A DNA stretch of 64,000 bases from Amoebophrya sp. A120. Its lineage: Eukaryota > Protista > Dinoflagellata. Below are positions 1-10,052 of this stretch, piece by piece. The translations under genes were made by a program, and so were the position numbers. The notes under the pieces were generated by a model. It searched no databases. It was given only the letters and a program-made list of their open reading frames with translations, and was not told the DNA's origin. The stretch is from positions 4,707,709 through 4,771,708 of the forward strand of contig CAJINV010000002.1 in assembly GCA_905178155.1 (NCBI GenBank), given 5' to 3'. Position 1 is the stretch's first letter. Each line of letters begins with the position of its first letter.

Positions 1-1811
1 TCGGCCGGTGTATTCGGGTCGTACAGTCCCAAGTTGGAATATAAGAGTGCACAACTCCCCCTCGCGACCTAATGCAAAATCCCAAATCCAGTTGGTGCCT
101 TGTGGCTCTGTTTGCTACTTCAGCTTATTTTACTTTTTGTTTATTATTTTACAAACTCGTCCAGAAGCCGTGCAAGTTTGGAGTTCTAGACTCGGCGCCT
201 GAACTTGTCATGCACAGTGTCCTCCACGTGCACGTGTGTTGGGCTTGTGATAGACATCCTATACAAGTGAGGGGGACCAAGGAAACGAGTTTTGCACTCT
301 CATATGTTGAACATGGTAGTGGAGTGCGTCACCATGAACACGATCTTTCCCTCAAGTTGGGTCATGTCGAAGGCCCCCTGTTGCTGCGTAAAATGCTCCC
401 CGGCGAGCGCCTTGCGGAGCATGCGCCAGCTGCGCTTTTGCAGCTCCAAGAACTTCACGCCAACTTTTTTGTTGTCGTTGTCGTCACTGGGCCAGGTTTT
501 TGCGTTATCGCACGAAAAAGCTGCCGCAGTCTCAACTTGTAGTAATGCAGCGGACACTCGTCTTTCCTGAGCCACTGAATATTTTTTGTCATCATGCTCA
601 GCGTGCGAGAAAGCCACAGGGGCCTCTCCGTTCACATGTCTGTCTTTATGTTTCTCTCGCTGGTTGAAGCCTCACAGGAGCGATTTGGTGTGTTATGATA
701 TGATGATTTGCGCTGATGCTGCGTCTGCAAGGCTAGGCTAAGGCTTGAGACTGAGACAGTTTTATTCTTTCATATTTGTCTTCGGCCCCGTAGAACCAGC
801 TGTGCTGCGAATCATCCGCGTTTTGCAGGAAGAAGATGTTGTCACTCGGGTATGCAATACAAATCATCGGCCATACACGTAGGCTCTTGTTGTAGTACAA
901 AACGGCGCAATGCTAAGTTTGTAATGTTCATCTTCATGCCGAAATAAAAAAATGACGCTTATATATGAAAATCAAAATTTTTCATGCCGAACTGCATGTT
1001 GGTTGCAAAAGAATTCTTTCATGCTCAGCTACTAGCATTAGCCATCGCTTGTACTACTGCCGTGTACAGCGGTTATTTTTTCGTTTCCTGTGAATACGAA
1101 AGGATTCCCGTCTATGTCTTTCCACGAGGACGTCAACGGCCACTTGTCCGTTTCTGTGCCGTACTCGGATTTGGGAAGCTTGGTCGGATCCCAGCCCGGC
1201 GTGCCCGTCTCGCGAATTTCCGGAGTGAGGATGATCTTCTCTCGTCCAGCGTAGTCGGCTTCCGTGCCGTACTTGCCCGAGCTCACGAGCCCCTGGATGA
1301 AAAAGCTGGCCGTTTCCATGGCCCGGCGCATCGGGGAGACGAGGAACACGATATCCTTGCGGTCGTTGTCACTCAGTAGCTCCGGGTACACTTCGGCGAA
1401 TTTCGCTCCACCGTCTTTAGCCTCCGTTTGCCCGTCCCGTCCCTCGCCCTTCTTCGTGAGCGGGGGATCGGTTTGGTCGCCCCACTTTGGCAACTTCGCG
1501 TTGGCCGTCGACTCCGCGTGCCGCATGACAAACAGCTTCTTCGGGCCGACGGAGGTAGGAAGAACCTTCATCGGCGTCGGCGGCTTGATGGTGCTGCCCT
1601 TTGCTCCTGCTCCTCCCCCCTCGCCACAGACGCCCACGCACCAAAAACTGTGTGCAGCGACGAAACGATCCGCTGGAGAGAACGCGGTGAAGGTCAGCAC
1701 CAGGTGCGCGGCCAACATCTTCAAGCCGCGACGAGTAGAAGAGGGCGAGCAACGAGAAACTCCAGAGGTCGAAGAGGATGAAAGCGACAACATTTTGCTG
1801 GACGTGGTCAA
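1..1811 (-). CDS. Histidine phosphatase (phosphoglycerate mutase-like) protein, spliced, 3' end runs off the window
   Basis: LFVMRHAES (RHG-type motif), DPPLT, VSPMRRAMET and PEIRE in ORF 1038-1811; second motif VFMVTHS in 305-505. Removing introners 851-1096, 506-774 and 40-304 joins the exons in frame. Start uncertain (hydrophobic MLAAHLVL segment). Confidence 0.75.
40..304. mobile_element. Introner, family I (TATRAGAGTGCA TIR)
   Basis: TATAAGAGTGCACAACTC ... GAGTTTTGCACTCTCATA; decayed TSD tggaa/tgttg; removal restores the frame. Confidence 0.75.
506..774. mobile_element. Introner, degenerate G-like family
   Basis: TATCGCACGAAAAAGCTGCCGCAGTCTCAA ... TTGAGACTGAGACAGTTTTATTCTTTCATA; TSD tgcgt/tttgt. 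Confidence 0.7.
851..1096. mobile_element. Old degenerate introner
   Basis: TAT...ATA ends, weak TIR (cggccatacacg / cgtgtacagcgg); removal restores the frame. Confidence 0.5.
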
Positions 1812-3447
1812 CGATTACGATAGTGTAGTTGCACTCAGATTGTTGATGTTGAAAAAAAAACAAATGCGCGGAAAAAAAGATGGTTGTACCAAAACTTGTT
1901 CTATTGCGACTGATCCAACAACAAAGTATTGTACCAGTTTCTTTCAGTAGAACTTTGAATGAAGAAGCTACTTCCCGGAGTAAAGTCTCGTGAAGAGAAG
2001 GTAGTTGTCCTTCTTCAGTTTCAAAAATACTTACGTATTGATTTTGATTTTCAACAGGGATATGAAGTATCCGTGTGTGATCCTGTCGGAGATGCAGCAG
2101 TGACAGCGTTTGTTTTGTGTTGGTAATTATTTTGTCGCCTGCGCTAGTCTCTATTGATATTGTTGAGCATATTTCGTGCATCGAAATGATCTGTGCAACA
2201 TCTATTTCTGATCTTTTTCCTTTGTCTCACAAGCTCACCACACCGATGATCCTCCGCCTTCCTCGAACATGGTCAACCTGTTGCGTGTCGATATTTTAGT
2301 TTCATTGGTACTCGAAGACAGATACTTTTCGTGGCAGAAACGTCCGAGTTCTTTGGAACAACCGAGAGGACGACGTGTACAGTCTTTGTCAACCGATCTA
2401 TCTGTCTTTTTCTTCGGGGTCGATCTCTGATCCCTTCTTTTCTTCAACCAATATCGTGAAACTCATGGTGCTTGCGATCTTCTGTAACATGATCTTCGGG
2501 TATTCAACTAACATGATCATTCTCGGTGTTTCTAGATTGTCAATTAATAAATTAGTTTGATCCGGCGAGGTTTATAACGAACGAAACCATTGAACAGAAC
2601 CGTGGCTGCAACTGGAAACCATTGCTGAGTGATGAACGCGGTCGCAGCTGGAGAAAGCGTTTGCCACTCTTGTTTTCGTTTTCAACTTCTTGAGGAAGTG
2701 AGGAGCGAGCAACCTGGTGTCCATCCTGCTTGTGAAATCATACATAATCCTGAATGATCCTGATGACTCCTGGGACTAATGCTAGCACTTCATCCTCTGC
2801 TGAAAGTACTAGTCCTTGTGTCGGCTAAAAATAGGAGTCCTATTTGTAGTGGTCGGGATGATATTGCGTCATCAATCTTATCGGGATATTGATACTTACT
2901 TCCAGGGGAAGTGGGCGACTTTTCGAGGTCGATCATCTTCCCAATTTTGATCGACCCGGACTCGCCCCGATCTAGCACATCAGAGTCAAACTCAGACCTC
3001 ACGGTAGATCAAATATAATCAACTCGAGCTGTACTATCCTCTGCTTGAAGATAAAGTGTAAGTGAAGTGGAAGTGAAGTGATTGAGTATCAAAGATCCCA
3101 GAGTGGAGGTGGAGCTCTCACTCTGCAAGATCACGATATGTACCTTACTTTGAGATGAAGTCTTCTCCGAATCTCCAAAAATCTGTATTCATCCTCAGCG
3201 CCTGAGTAAAATCACAGCGCAGAAAAAAGCGTACACAGCTAAGGCGCCAGGACTGCTAGCGCACAAGCCATCACTTCAGTGCTCATGATATTTGTATATT
3301 TGTTCGACTCTAAATCATACACTTTCCCGCGTCCTACTCCTGTTGTTTGCTGTCCTTGCAGTCAGTAGATTTGTGGGTTAGGGTGCAGTCTTCTTTATTG
3401 ATTTAGATTTGTGGGTTAGGGTTTACATTACAATCCGATAATTTTAA

Positions 3448-3925
3448 TTACATAATTACTGGATGTAGGAGGTCATACTCCAAGTCGTACTTTTTCCTCC
3501 ACGAAACATCCGTCCGCATTTCCTCGACGCTATTATAGGCCTTCCAATCGTTCACAAAATTTGCCAGCAAATGCAGAAACGCCATGGCGCCGTGGTTCTT
3601 GTCCTCGAAAGCAGAAGTGTCGTTCTCTCCCTGAAACGGCAGCAGGTGGGCGCCCGTAAAAAAACAGATCTTGGAAGTTTTCCCGTCAATACCCTTAATA
3701 TTTTCCACAACTCCTTGTAGTGGTGTGTCCTCGCAGCTCCTCTCGTTCTTGATTCTATCACTACCGCCTTCAACATCTTCACGCAGGTCGGCACACTTGA
3801 TGCGGAAGCCCTCCGGTAGTTTGGCTGGGACGATTTTACTTTGTAGTTCCGTTGACTGCTCAACATGCAGGAGACCAGCACCAGAAGACCACGTACACTC
3901 GTCAAGACGGACCGCCCCAGAGGAC
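3448..3925 (-). pseudogene. Detached C-terminal part of the alpha/beta-hydrolase at 10178-12389
   Basis: Open frame SSGAVRLDECTWSSGAGLLH...KICFFTGAHLLPF...HPVIM*. Its first 44 bp duplicate 10178-10221 in the same frame; GAH is a candidate catalytic His. Confidence 0.75.
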
Positions 3926-3941
3926 CGCAGTCCCCCTTTAG
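3874..3941. repeat. 68-bp direct repeat (second copy 6299-6366); its 44-bp core is also at 10178-10221
   Basis: 3 mismatches between the two 68-bp copies; 6307-6350 is identical to 10178-10221. Confidence 0.95.
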
Positions 3942-5286
3942 AGAATCGTTTTCAACAGAAATCTACTTCCTTGTGAATATACTTATTTGTAAATGAAAGA
4001 ACAAACTCAGTGACAATAGAACGACAAGAAAAAGTAAAAGCTCTAGCAAATTTGTCTCGCACATAGAGACTGATCTCACCAGTAAACGCACGTCGATCCC
4101 AACTGTAACTGTTCCTTGCTGGTGCGGATAATTTTCGGTAGTTTTAAACGCGTCAGCGTCGTCTTTGAACAGCGCCAAGTCGTCCTCACTGGTTTCGTCT
4201 TCGTCGGTGCCGGAATCCCGAAACATCTTGCTCTTCCCTTCGAGCCACGTCCCGGGCCTTTTGCCCTTGGACGAGGTCGAGGACGACGTCGTCGGATCCT
4301 TGTTTACAGAAGAACCCACGGTCGTGGTTGTACTGGAAATCGAAGAAGAAGAAGGTGTGGTTTTGACATCATTTTCCGATTTTTTTTCTTCTTGATGTTG
4401 TCCATTTTCTTGCTTCATCGGCTGCTCCTCCGGGTCTTGTACTTGATGCTGCTGCGATACTTTCCCCGCCTCATGATTCTGCTCCTGATCTTTGGGAATG
4501 CTTCCTTGCACGCTTGAGGCAGTCATTTTTGCGGGTGCTCCGTCTTGATCATTTCTCCCCGGAGCAAGTTCTTGTGGGGGCGGTGGATGTGGCGGCGAAA
4601 CTTTGCTGTCAACAGAACTACTAGTGTGGTCCCCGCGCTGAGAAGAAGACGTGGACGACGAAGTTGGTGTTGTGGTCTGCTGGTAAATTTCGTTTTCTTG
4701 CTTCTGCCCGACATGATCATCGCGTTCTTGTTCCTGCTTCTTCTGCACAAACCCAGGAGCTGCACCAGGATTTTCATTTTTTTGGTTTTTGTCCCCCATA
4801 ACCGCCGCCGTTGTGCTTGCTCTTTCCCTTGCGATCTCACTCCCCTGTCGCCCCACTTCCTTCGCGAATGCGTGCGACCCTTCACGTTGCTTTTGCCTGG
4901 CCGCGGCGTGTTTCGCCTCCTGCACCTTGGTCGGCCGCTTCACATCGTCGGGGGAAGCAGTACCAGTAGATGATCTCGAGTTGATGTTGTGCTGTCCTTG
5001 TCTAGAAGATGAAGCGCGGTCTCGTTGATAGTAGTCTGAAGCTCCTGCTCCGCGATCATCGTAGTCGAAATTGTAGTTGGTCTTGTGGTAGTAATCCCTC
5101 GTCCGCGCGTCGTATTCCAAGTCCTCAGCCCGAGCGTATTCCTCCTCCCCGTTCTGGCGGCCCCGGCGGACGTAGTACAGCTCTTCCTCCTGGTATCCCG
5201 ACGGGTAGGTTTTGATCCGCTTGATCTGGTAGTAATCGTACTTTTTTTTTCCCCCGTAGAACCACACATCGTAGTAGCCGTGGAAG

Positions 5287-5439
5287 TATCCTGTGCAAAA
5301 GTATCGCACTCGTACTAATTGCAATCTTGCATGACAAACCTATCTTTTTACGACCTCAACTAGCATTACAAATTCCATTTTTCTTTCTGATAAAATTTGT
5401 AATGCAATTTGTGCTAGTACGATACTTTTGCAATGCATA
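5287..5439. mobile_element. Introner family B (in the duplicated segment)
   Basis: TATCCTGTGCAAAAGTATCG ... CGATACTTTTGCAATGCATA; TSD ggaag/gaaag. Confidence 0.9.
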
Positions 5440-5979
5440 GAAAGAACAGAAACTCGTCGACTAACAACACCAAAAAGAGCAGCAGAATCAGCCCGCAAAA
5501 CGACTTCGCGCAACAGCAACAGCTCAGGTTGCAGCAACAGCACGAAATATTTCTAGGTTTACTATTCGCCTGCTTTTTCTTCTCATTTGTTCCTTCATCC
5601 CCGTGGTCCCGCTTGGAGGTTCTTCCATCGTCCTCTCCTTTTGCAGCTGCTTTCAGTAGCGCCTTCTCCTTGGCTGTTTTCCCCAAGTAAAAGAGCCGCT
5701 TCTCGTAATCGGATAGCCGCTGCCGCACCGGCTCGTCCGCCATCGTGGAAGCGTCGGCTGTGGAAACTACAGACGAATCTTGTTTTTGGCCCAGGCTGTT
5801 GTTCATGTTCTTTTCACCCTGCTCTGTGGTCTTCTTTAATGCACCGCCTTCCTTTGCCACGGCGACCACTTGCGTCAGGTCTCTCGGCGCCTTCTCGACG
5901 GGGATCAGCGACAGGTCGTAGGCTTTTTCCGGGCGGAATTCCTTCAACGGCCGCCGGGTCGGGAATTCCACCGGCCGGC

Positions 5980-6299
5980 TATCAAAAGGAAAAATCCCCC
6001 CTCCCCATATCGAAAAGGTACGTCTCAAGAAATTTGTAATGCTGATTTGTGACCACAAATCGTCTCTGTCTTGCAAGAACGCAACCCCGCAGGCTCCGCC
6101 ACGTTCTGCAGGCGGTTTGTGATGCTGGTGGCCCTACAGACTAGACGTTTGCCATGCTCAGCGCCTAGCCCAAAACCTCCCTACTCAGGGTCAGCATAGC
6201 CTGCAGTCCTCTCTAGCAAGACAAATCTGATCTGTGTACGCAAATCCAGCATCAGAAACTTCGTTTTGATATGGGGAGGGGGGATTTTTCCTCACAATA
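5980..6299. mobile_element. Introner family C (in the duplicated segment)
   Basis: TATCAAAAGGAAAAATCCCCCTCCCCATATC TIR; TSD ccggc. Confidence 0.9.
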
Positions 6300-6366
6300 C
6301 CGGCACCAGAAGACCACGTAGACTCGTCAAGAGGGACCGCCCCAGAGGACCGCAGTCCCCCTTTAG

Positions 6367-6930
6367 GACTTCAGCACTAGCACGCGGATCTCCCTCAAGA
6401 AGTGTTCTTGAGACAAATCCGCATTACAGATTCCATCTGTAGTGCTGAGCAATTTCATTTGCGGACTTGCATCAAGAAAAAAATTTAAAATTTCCGCACT
6501 AGAAGTGGAGGACGTAATGCGGCTTTGCCTCAAGAAGAGTCTTGAGGCAAGTCCGCAAACGGAATTCGTCAGCTATAGAAAGAGGGTCTGTAATGTTGAT
6601 TTGCCAGCCTCAAGAAAAAGGGTCTTCTTGAGGCAAATCCGCACTACAGAGTCCATTTCCAATGCGGAAGTCCTAATCTTGAGGAAAGTCCGCAAGAAAT
6701 GGAATTCCTCAGCATTGGAAATGGAGTCTGTAGTTTGGATTTGCCTCAAGAAAAAGTAAAAGACTCTTCTTGTTGAGGCAAATCCGCAAACTGCGTTTCT
6801 AATGCTGATGTCCGCGTTACAGATTCCATTTCTAAAAATGGATGCTGAGGGAATTTGTATTGCCGTAGAGACGGCAATACCAATACAAGTCCCCTCATCC
6901 CGATTGAATACAAATCCGCATGACAAATTC
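6367..6930. repeat. Array of alternating inverted repeats CTTGAGGCAAATCCGCA(Y)TACAGA
   Basis: Roughly ten degenerate copies in both orientations (e.g. near 6403, 6541, 6628, 6776 forward; 6516, 6580, 6729 reverse). Confidence 0.85.
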
Positions 6931-6940
6931 CAAGATCCCC

Positions 6941-7019
6941 TCCGTGATCTTGGTGACCGTCCTGCGCTATAAATTGCATTTTGCCATTTATAGCGCAAGA
7001 CGGTGACCAAGATCACGGA
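6941..7019. repeat. Fold-back hairpin, about 34-bp arms and an 11-nt loop
   Basis: TCCGTGATCTTGGTGACCGTCCTGCGCTATAAAT / ATTTATAGCGCAAGACGGTGACCAAGATCACGGA, 2 mismatches. Confidence 0.9.
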
Positions 7020-7043
7020 AGGTGACGAATTCGGGCTCCAGGG

Positions 7044-7339
7044 TATCCTGTGTTAAAACGTCTTCACGCCGTAGTTATCACGCAACTCCGCATGCTTAGA
7101 ATGTTCATGTTGCCCATGCGGAGCCCCATGAGAAGCGTCTTCTAATGTTGTTTTGAGATTTGTCATGCTCCAATCAGCATGAGACACTAGATCTGTATGT
7201 AATGCTGCCGAACTAGCTCAAACAGCACTACACTACGCGTCCAAATTAATTTGTCATGCGAAACAACCAAAGCGTGTGGGTTAGGGTCTAGCCGATTCCG
7301 CATCTTGGCTATGGGGTGGGGGCGTTTTTACATAGGACA
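7044..7339. mobile_element. Introner family E
   Basis: TATCCTGTGTTAAAACGTC ... GGCGTTTTTACATAGGACA; TSD caggg/cagga. Confidence 0.85.
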
Positions 7340-7487
7340 CAGGAGGCCCAGGGGCAGGCCATGGCCTTCGGAAAGTCCATCCCCGCATTTCTCAACAACG
7401 TCGAGACCTTCTGGGCGGAGACAGAGGCCAAATTGCTGGGCAATGACGACAGTGCGGGCGCGTCCGCGATGAAGAAGGCGCCCAAAA

Positions 7488-7796
7488 TATCCTGAGAAAG
7501 ACCGTCCCCACCCCATACATAGGCGCATGCTAATTCGCACATAAGTACAGAAGCGCTTGCATTGTGCATCCCCCTGGGAGGCAGTTCTAGTCGTGTTTCG
7601 GAACAATTTGCAATACTCCCATGCATAAGCAGTCAGATGGATTTGTGATGCGGCTGTCCTAGCCAACCTGCACTACACTGAGTGACTCTAACTACAGACT
7701 GCAACTTGTCATGCGTGACACCCAAAGCTTCTGGATTTGTGTTGCAAAATTTCCATCTTGGCTATGTATCGAGTAGGGACGTCTTTCTAGAGGATA
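7488..7796. mobile_element. Introner family E
   Basis: TATCCTGAGAAAGACCGTCCC ... GGGACGTCTTTCTAGAGGATA; TSD caaaa. Confidence 0.9.
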
Positions 7797-8041
7797 CAAA
7801 AATAAAAATAAGGACCCCGAAGTGCTGGAGCCACTGGTCCTTGGTGCGGCAAAGGATAAGAAAATGTGCAAGCACACGGCGAAGATGTGCGACGAATTGA
7901 ACCTGGCGGCGCGTCAAGGCGTTTGCACTCTGCAGGTCGAGGACGACAGCGGGCAGTTCGAAAGCGTGACCCTGAACTTTGACCAGGTGAAACTGCGCGA
8001 GGCCCTCGAGGAGTTGAAGACGATGGCGAACCTCCTCAAGT

Positions 8042-8286
8042 TATCAAATGTAAAAATGTCTGGGTCTAGAAGATTCCGAGATTTGTAATGCGTGTTTTGC
8101 CTGGGCCATGATGTCTGTGATGCGCGCCCTAGCATCACAGTTTTTTTGAGGGCCTCGCGATGCCTATTCCGCATGACAAATGCCCTCTCCGCATGACAAA
8201 TGCCCTCTGCTGCTCATGCAATACAGATTAATTCAGCATCACAAGTTGCATTCTTCCCAAAGATGCAGACATTTTTACATTTGATA
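8042..8286. mobile_element. Introner family A
   Basis: TATCAAATGTAAAAATGTCTG TIR; TSD caagt/aaagt. Confidence 0.9.
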
Positions 8287-8386
8287 AAAGTCCATCATCG
8301 ACAAGAGATACGGGGGCTCGTCTTTCTTCGAGGTTAGCGTGAATCTCCTCGACTGCTTCACCGAAGACAAATCCTCCCGCACTAAC

Positions 8387-8630
8387 TAGCCTGTGCAAAA
8401 GTATCGCACTCGTAGCAATTGCGCTTATGCATTACAAATCTCTTCTCAAGGCAAATCAGCATTACAGATTTGATTTGTAACGCTGGGCAGATTTCTAAAC
8501 GCAGTTTATTTTTATACTAGTCCTAGTGCAAACAGCATTACAAGTTTGATTTGTAGCGCTGGGCTACTTGAAATGCAGTCAGTTTTTATATATATATATA
8601 CTAACTAGTGCGATCCTTTTGCGTCTGATA
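8387..8630. mobile_element. Introner family B with an internal duplication
   Basis: TAGCCTGTGCAAAAGTATCGCACT ... AGTGCGATCCTTTTGCGTCTGATA; TSD ctaac. Confidence 0.85.
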
Positions 8631-9050
8631 CTAACGAAGGGAAAACGATGTTGATGCACCTGGCGACGCATATTTGCGGGGGCACCGAGGGGGACATCAA
8701 CAAGGGCAAGAACTCGAAGTACGCCGAGTGCCTCGCGGACCTCAAGAGCAAGTACGACGCGCTCCGGGCCGCTTTTCACGGGTGCACCAGAGGACAGCGC
8801 AACAGCAACGCAGCCATTCTGCACTACGCCAAAACGCACAAGATCGAGTCGCCCATGGTGTCGTTCTTCTACGTAGCAGACCGGATGACGGCCTCTTCTG
8901 GCGGCGCAGAGCGGGCGCAGAAGTTCTTGCGTGGCGTCCGGACGAAGTACGCAAACAAAACTTGCGAGAGATTCGTCGCGGGGGCGTATGTGGCTGGCCT
9001 CGACCGCGAAGAGAAGCGGAACCTGTCCTACATCGTTGCCGACGCCTACC

Positions 9051-9201
9051 TATGAACTGCAAAAGTAGCGCACTAGTATAAATTGCAATACAAATTGGCT
9101 CAGCATTAAAAAACTCAATTTGTAATGCGGATTTGCCTTAGGAACTAGATTTGTAATGCATAAATGCAATTAGTACGAGTGCGATATTTTTGCACAGGAT
9201 A
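9051..9201. mobile_element. Introner family B (opposite orientation to 8387)
   Basis: TATGAACTGCAAAAG ... TTTTGCACAGGATA; TSD ctacc. Confidence 0.9.
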
Positions 9202-9293
9202 CTACCTCTACGAGAAGCCGCGCCGCTGCGTCCGCGGAAAGGACAGGAAGGCGGGCCTGACCTATGTGGCGCGGATGACCAAGGACGACAAGT

Positions 9294-9577
9294 TGCCCCA
9301 TTTAAAAACGCCCCCACCCCATAGCTGTATTTAGTGCAAAGCTGCATGCTGAAAATGCTTCGCATGCGGAGCCCCATGAAAAGCATTCTCCAGTCGTGTT
9401 TTGAAATTTGTCATGCTCCAATCAGCATGGTATGCTAGATCTGTGATGCTGCTGAGCTAGCTCAAACAGTACTACACTACGAGTCCAAATTTGTCATGCG
9501 AAACAGCCAAAGCCTGTGGATTTGTCTAGCCGATTCCACAACTTGACTATGGTGTGGGGACGTTTTTACTCAGGATG
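9294..9577. mobile_element. Introner family E with degenerate ends
   Basis: TGCCCCATTTAAAAACGCCCCCAC ... GGGGACGTTTTTACTCAGGATG; TSD caagt. Confidence 0.85.
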
Positions 9578-10052
9578 CAAGTACCTGAAGAAACACGGAA
9601 TCGCGCACACCGAGGTCATGCAAAACAAGAACAAAACGTCACTTCAAACGAGCAGTTCTTTGTGGGAATCTCAGTGAATCAATAAACCGGCCGAAGAAAA
9701 TGAATGCGCTATGCACGAAAGTCGTGGATCTTTCTAGATGCCATCCTCGCCACACTATGTATACTAGTGCAAAAAGCCGAGTTCTAACAAGTCGTCAGAT
9801 CTGAATCTAAGAAAGGCTACGCGCGGACTTGACTAGAACTGGTGTCGGTGGCGCCGCCTCCTTGGGCGGGGTAGAAGTACAAGACGCGTGGCATTGCCCA
9901 TATATATAACCATAGATATATGACGCGCAGCGCCACCTGTTTAGTAGGTGTGCCCGTAGTGCGTATATGTATAAATATATATAATTCAAGTCGTAGTTCC
10001 ATCGTGTGGACACCTAATCAGGATGCTACCATCAATGAAAGTAAGTAAATAA

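Larger units (their letters stand above)
4111..6304 (-). pseudogene. 2194-bp near-identical partial duplicate of 21786-23979
   Basis: Offset 17675; one substitution noticed (4636 c vs 22311 t); includes both introners; lacks the start and the 3' end of the parent gene. Confidence 0.95.
6994..9677 (+). pseudogene. 5'-truncated hAT-like transposase (about 380 aa after removing six introners)
   Basis: Seven exons join into one open frame RKTVTKITEG...SSSLWESQ*. ILHYAKTHKIESPMVSFFYVADRMTASSGGAERAQKFLRGVRTKYANK matches by eye the hAT C-terminal domain pattern (..WK....yP.L...l.ipASSa.sERsFS.l..i.T..rN). Confidence 0.6.

Noticed and set aside
1830-3300. Possible decayed mobile-element ORF
   Set aside because: Multiple stops in the frames I read and no recognisable motif
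3366-3422. 19-bp duplication containing TTAGGG
   Set aside because: Only single telomere-like units; too little to call interstitial telomere
3801-3939. Apparent small LTR (TGCGG...CCGCA) next to a PPT-like AAAGGGGGAC
   Set aside because: The segment is an in-frame continuation of the hydrolase coding sequence and there is no second LTR
6367-6930. CRISPR-like repeat array
   Set aside because: Repeats are degenerate, alternate in orientation and have no regular spacers; no cas genes; eukaryotic context
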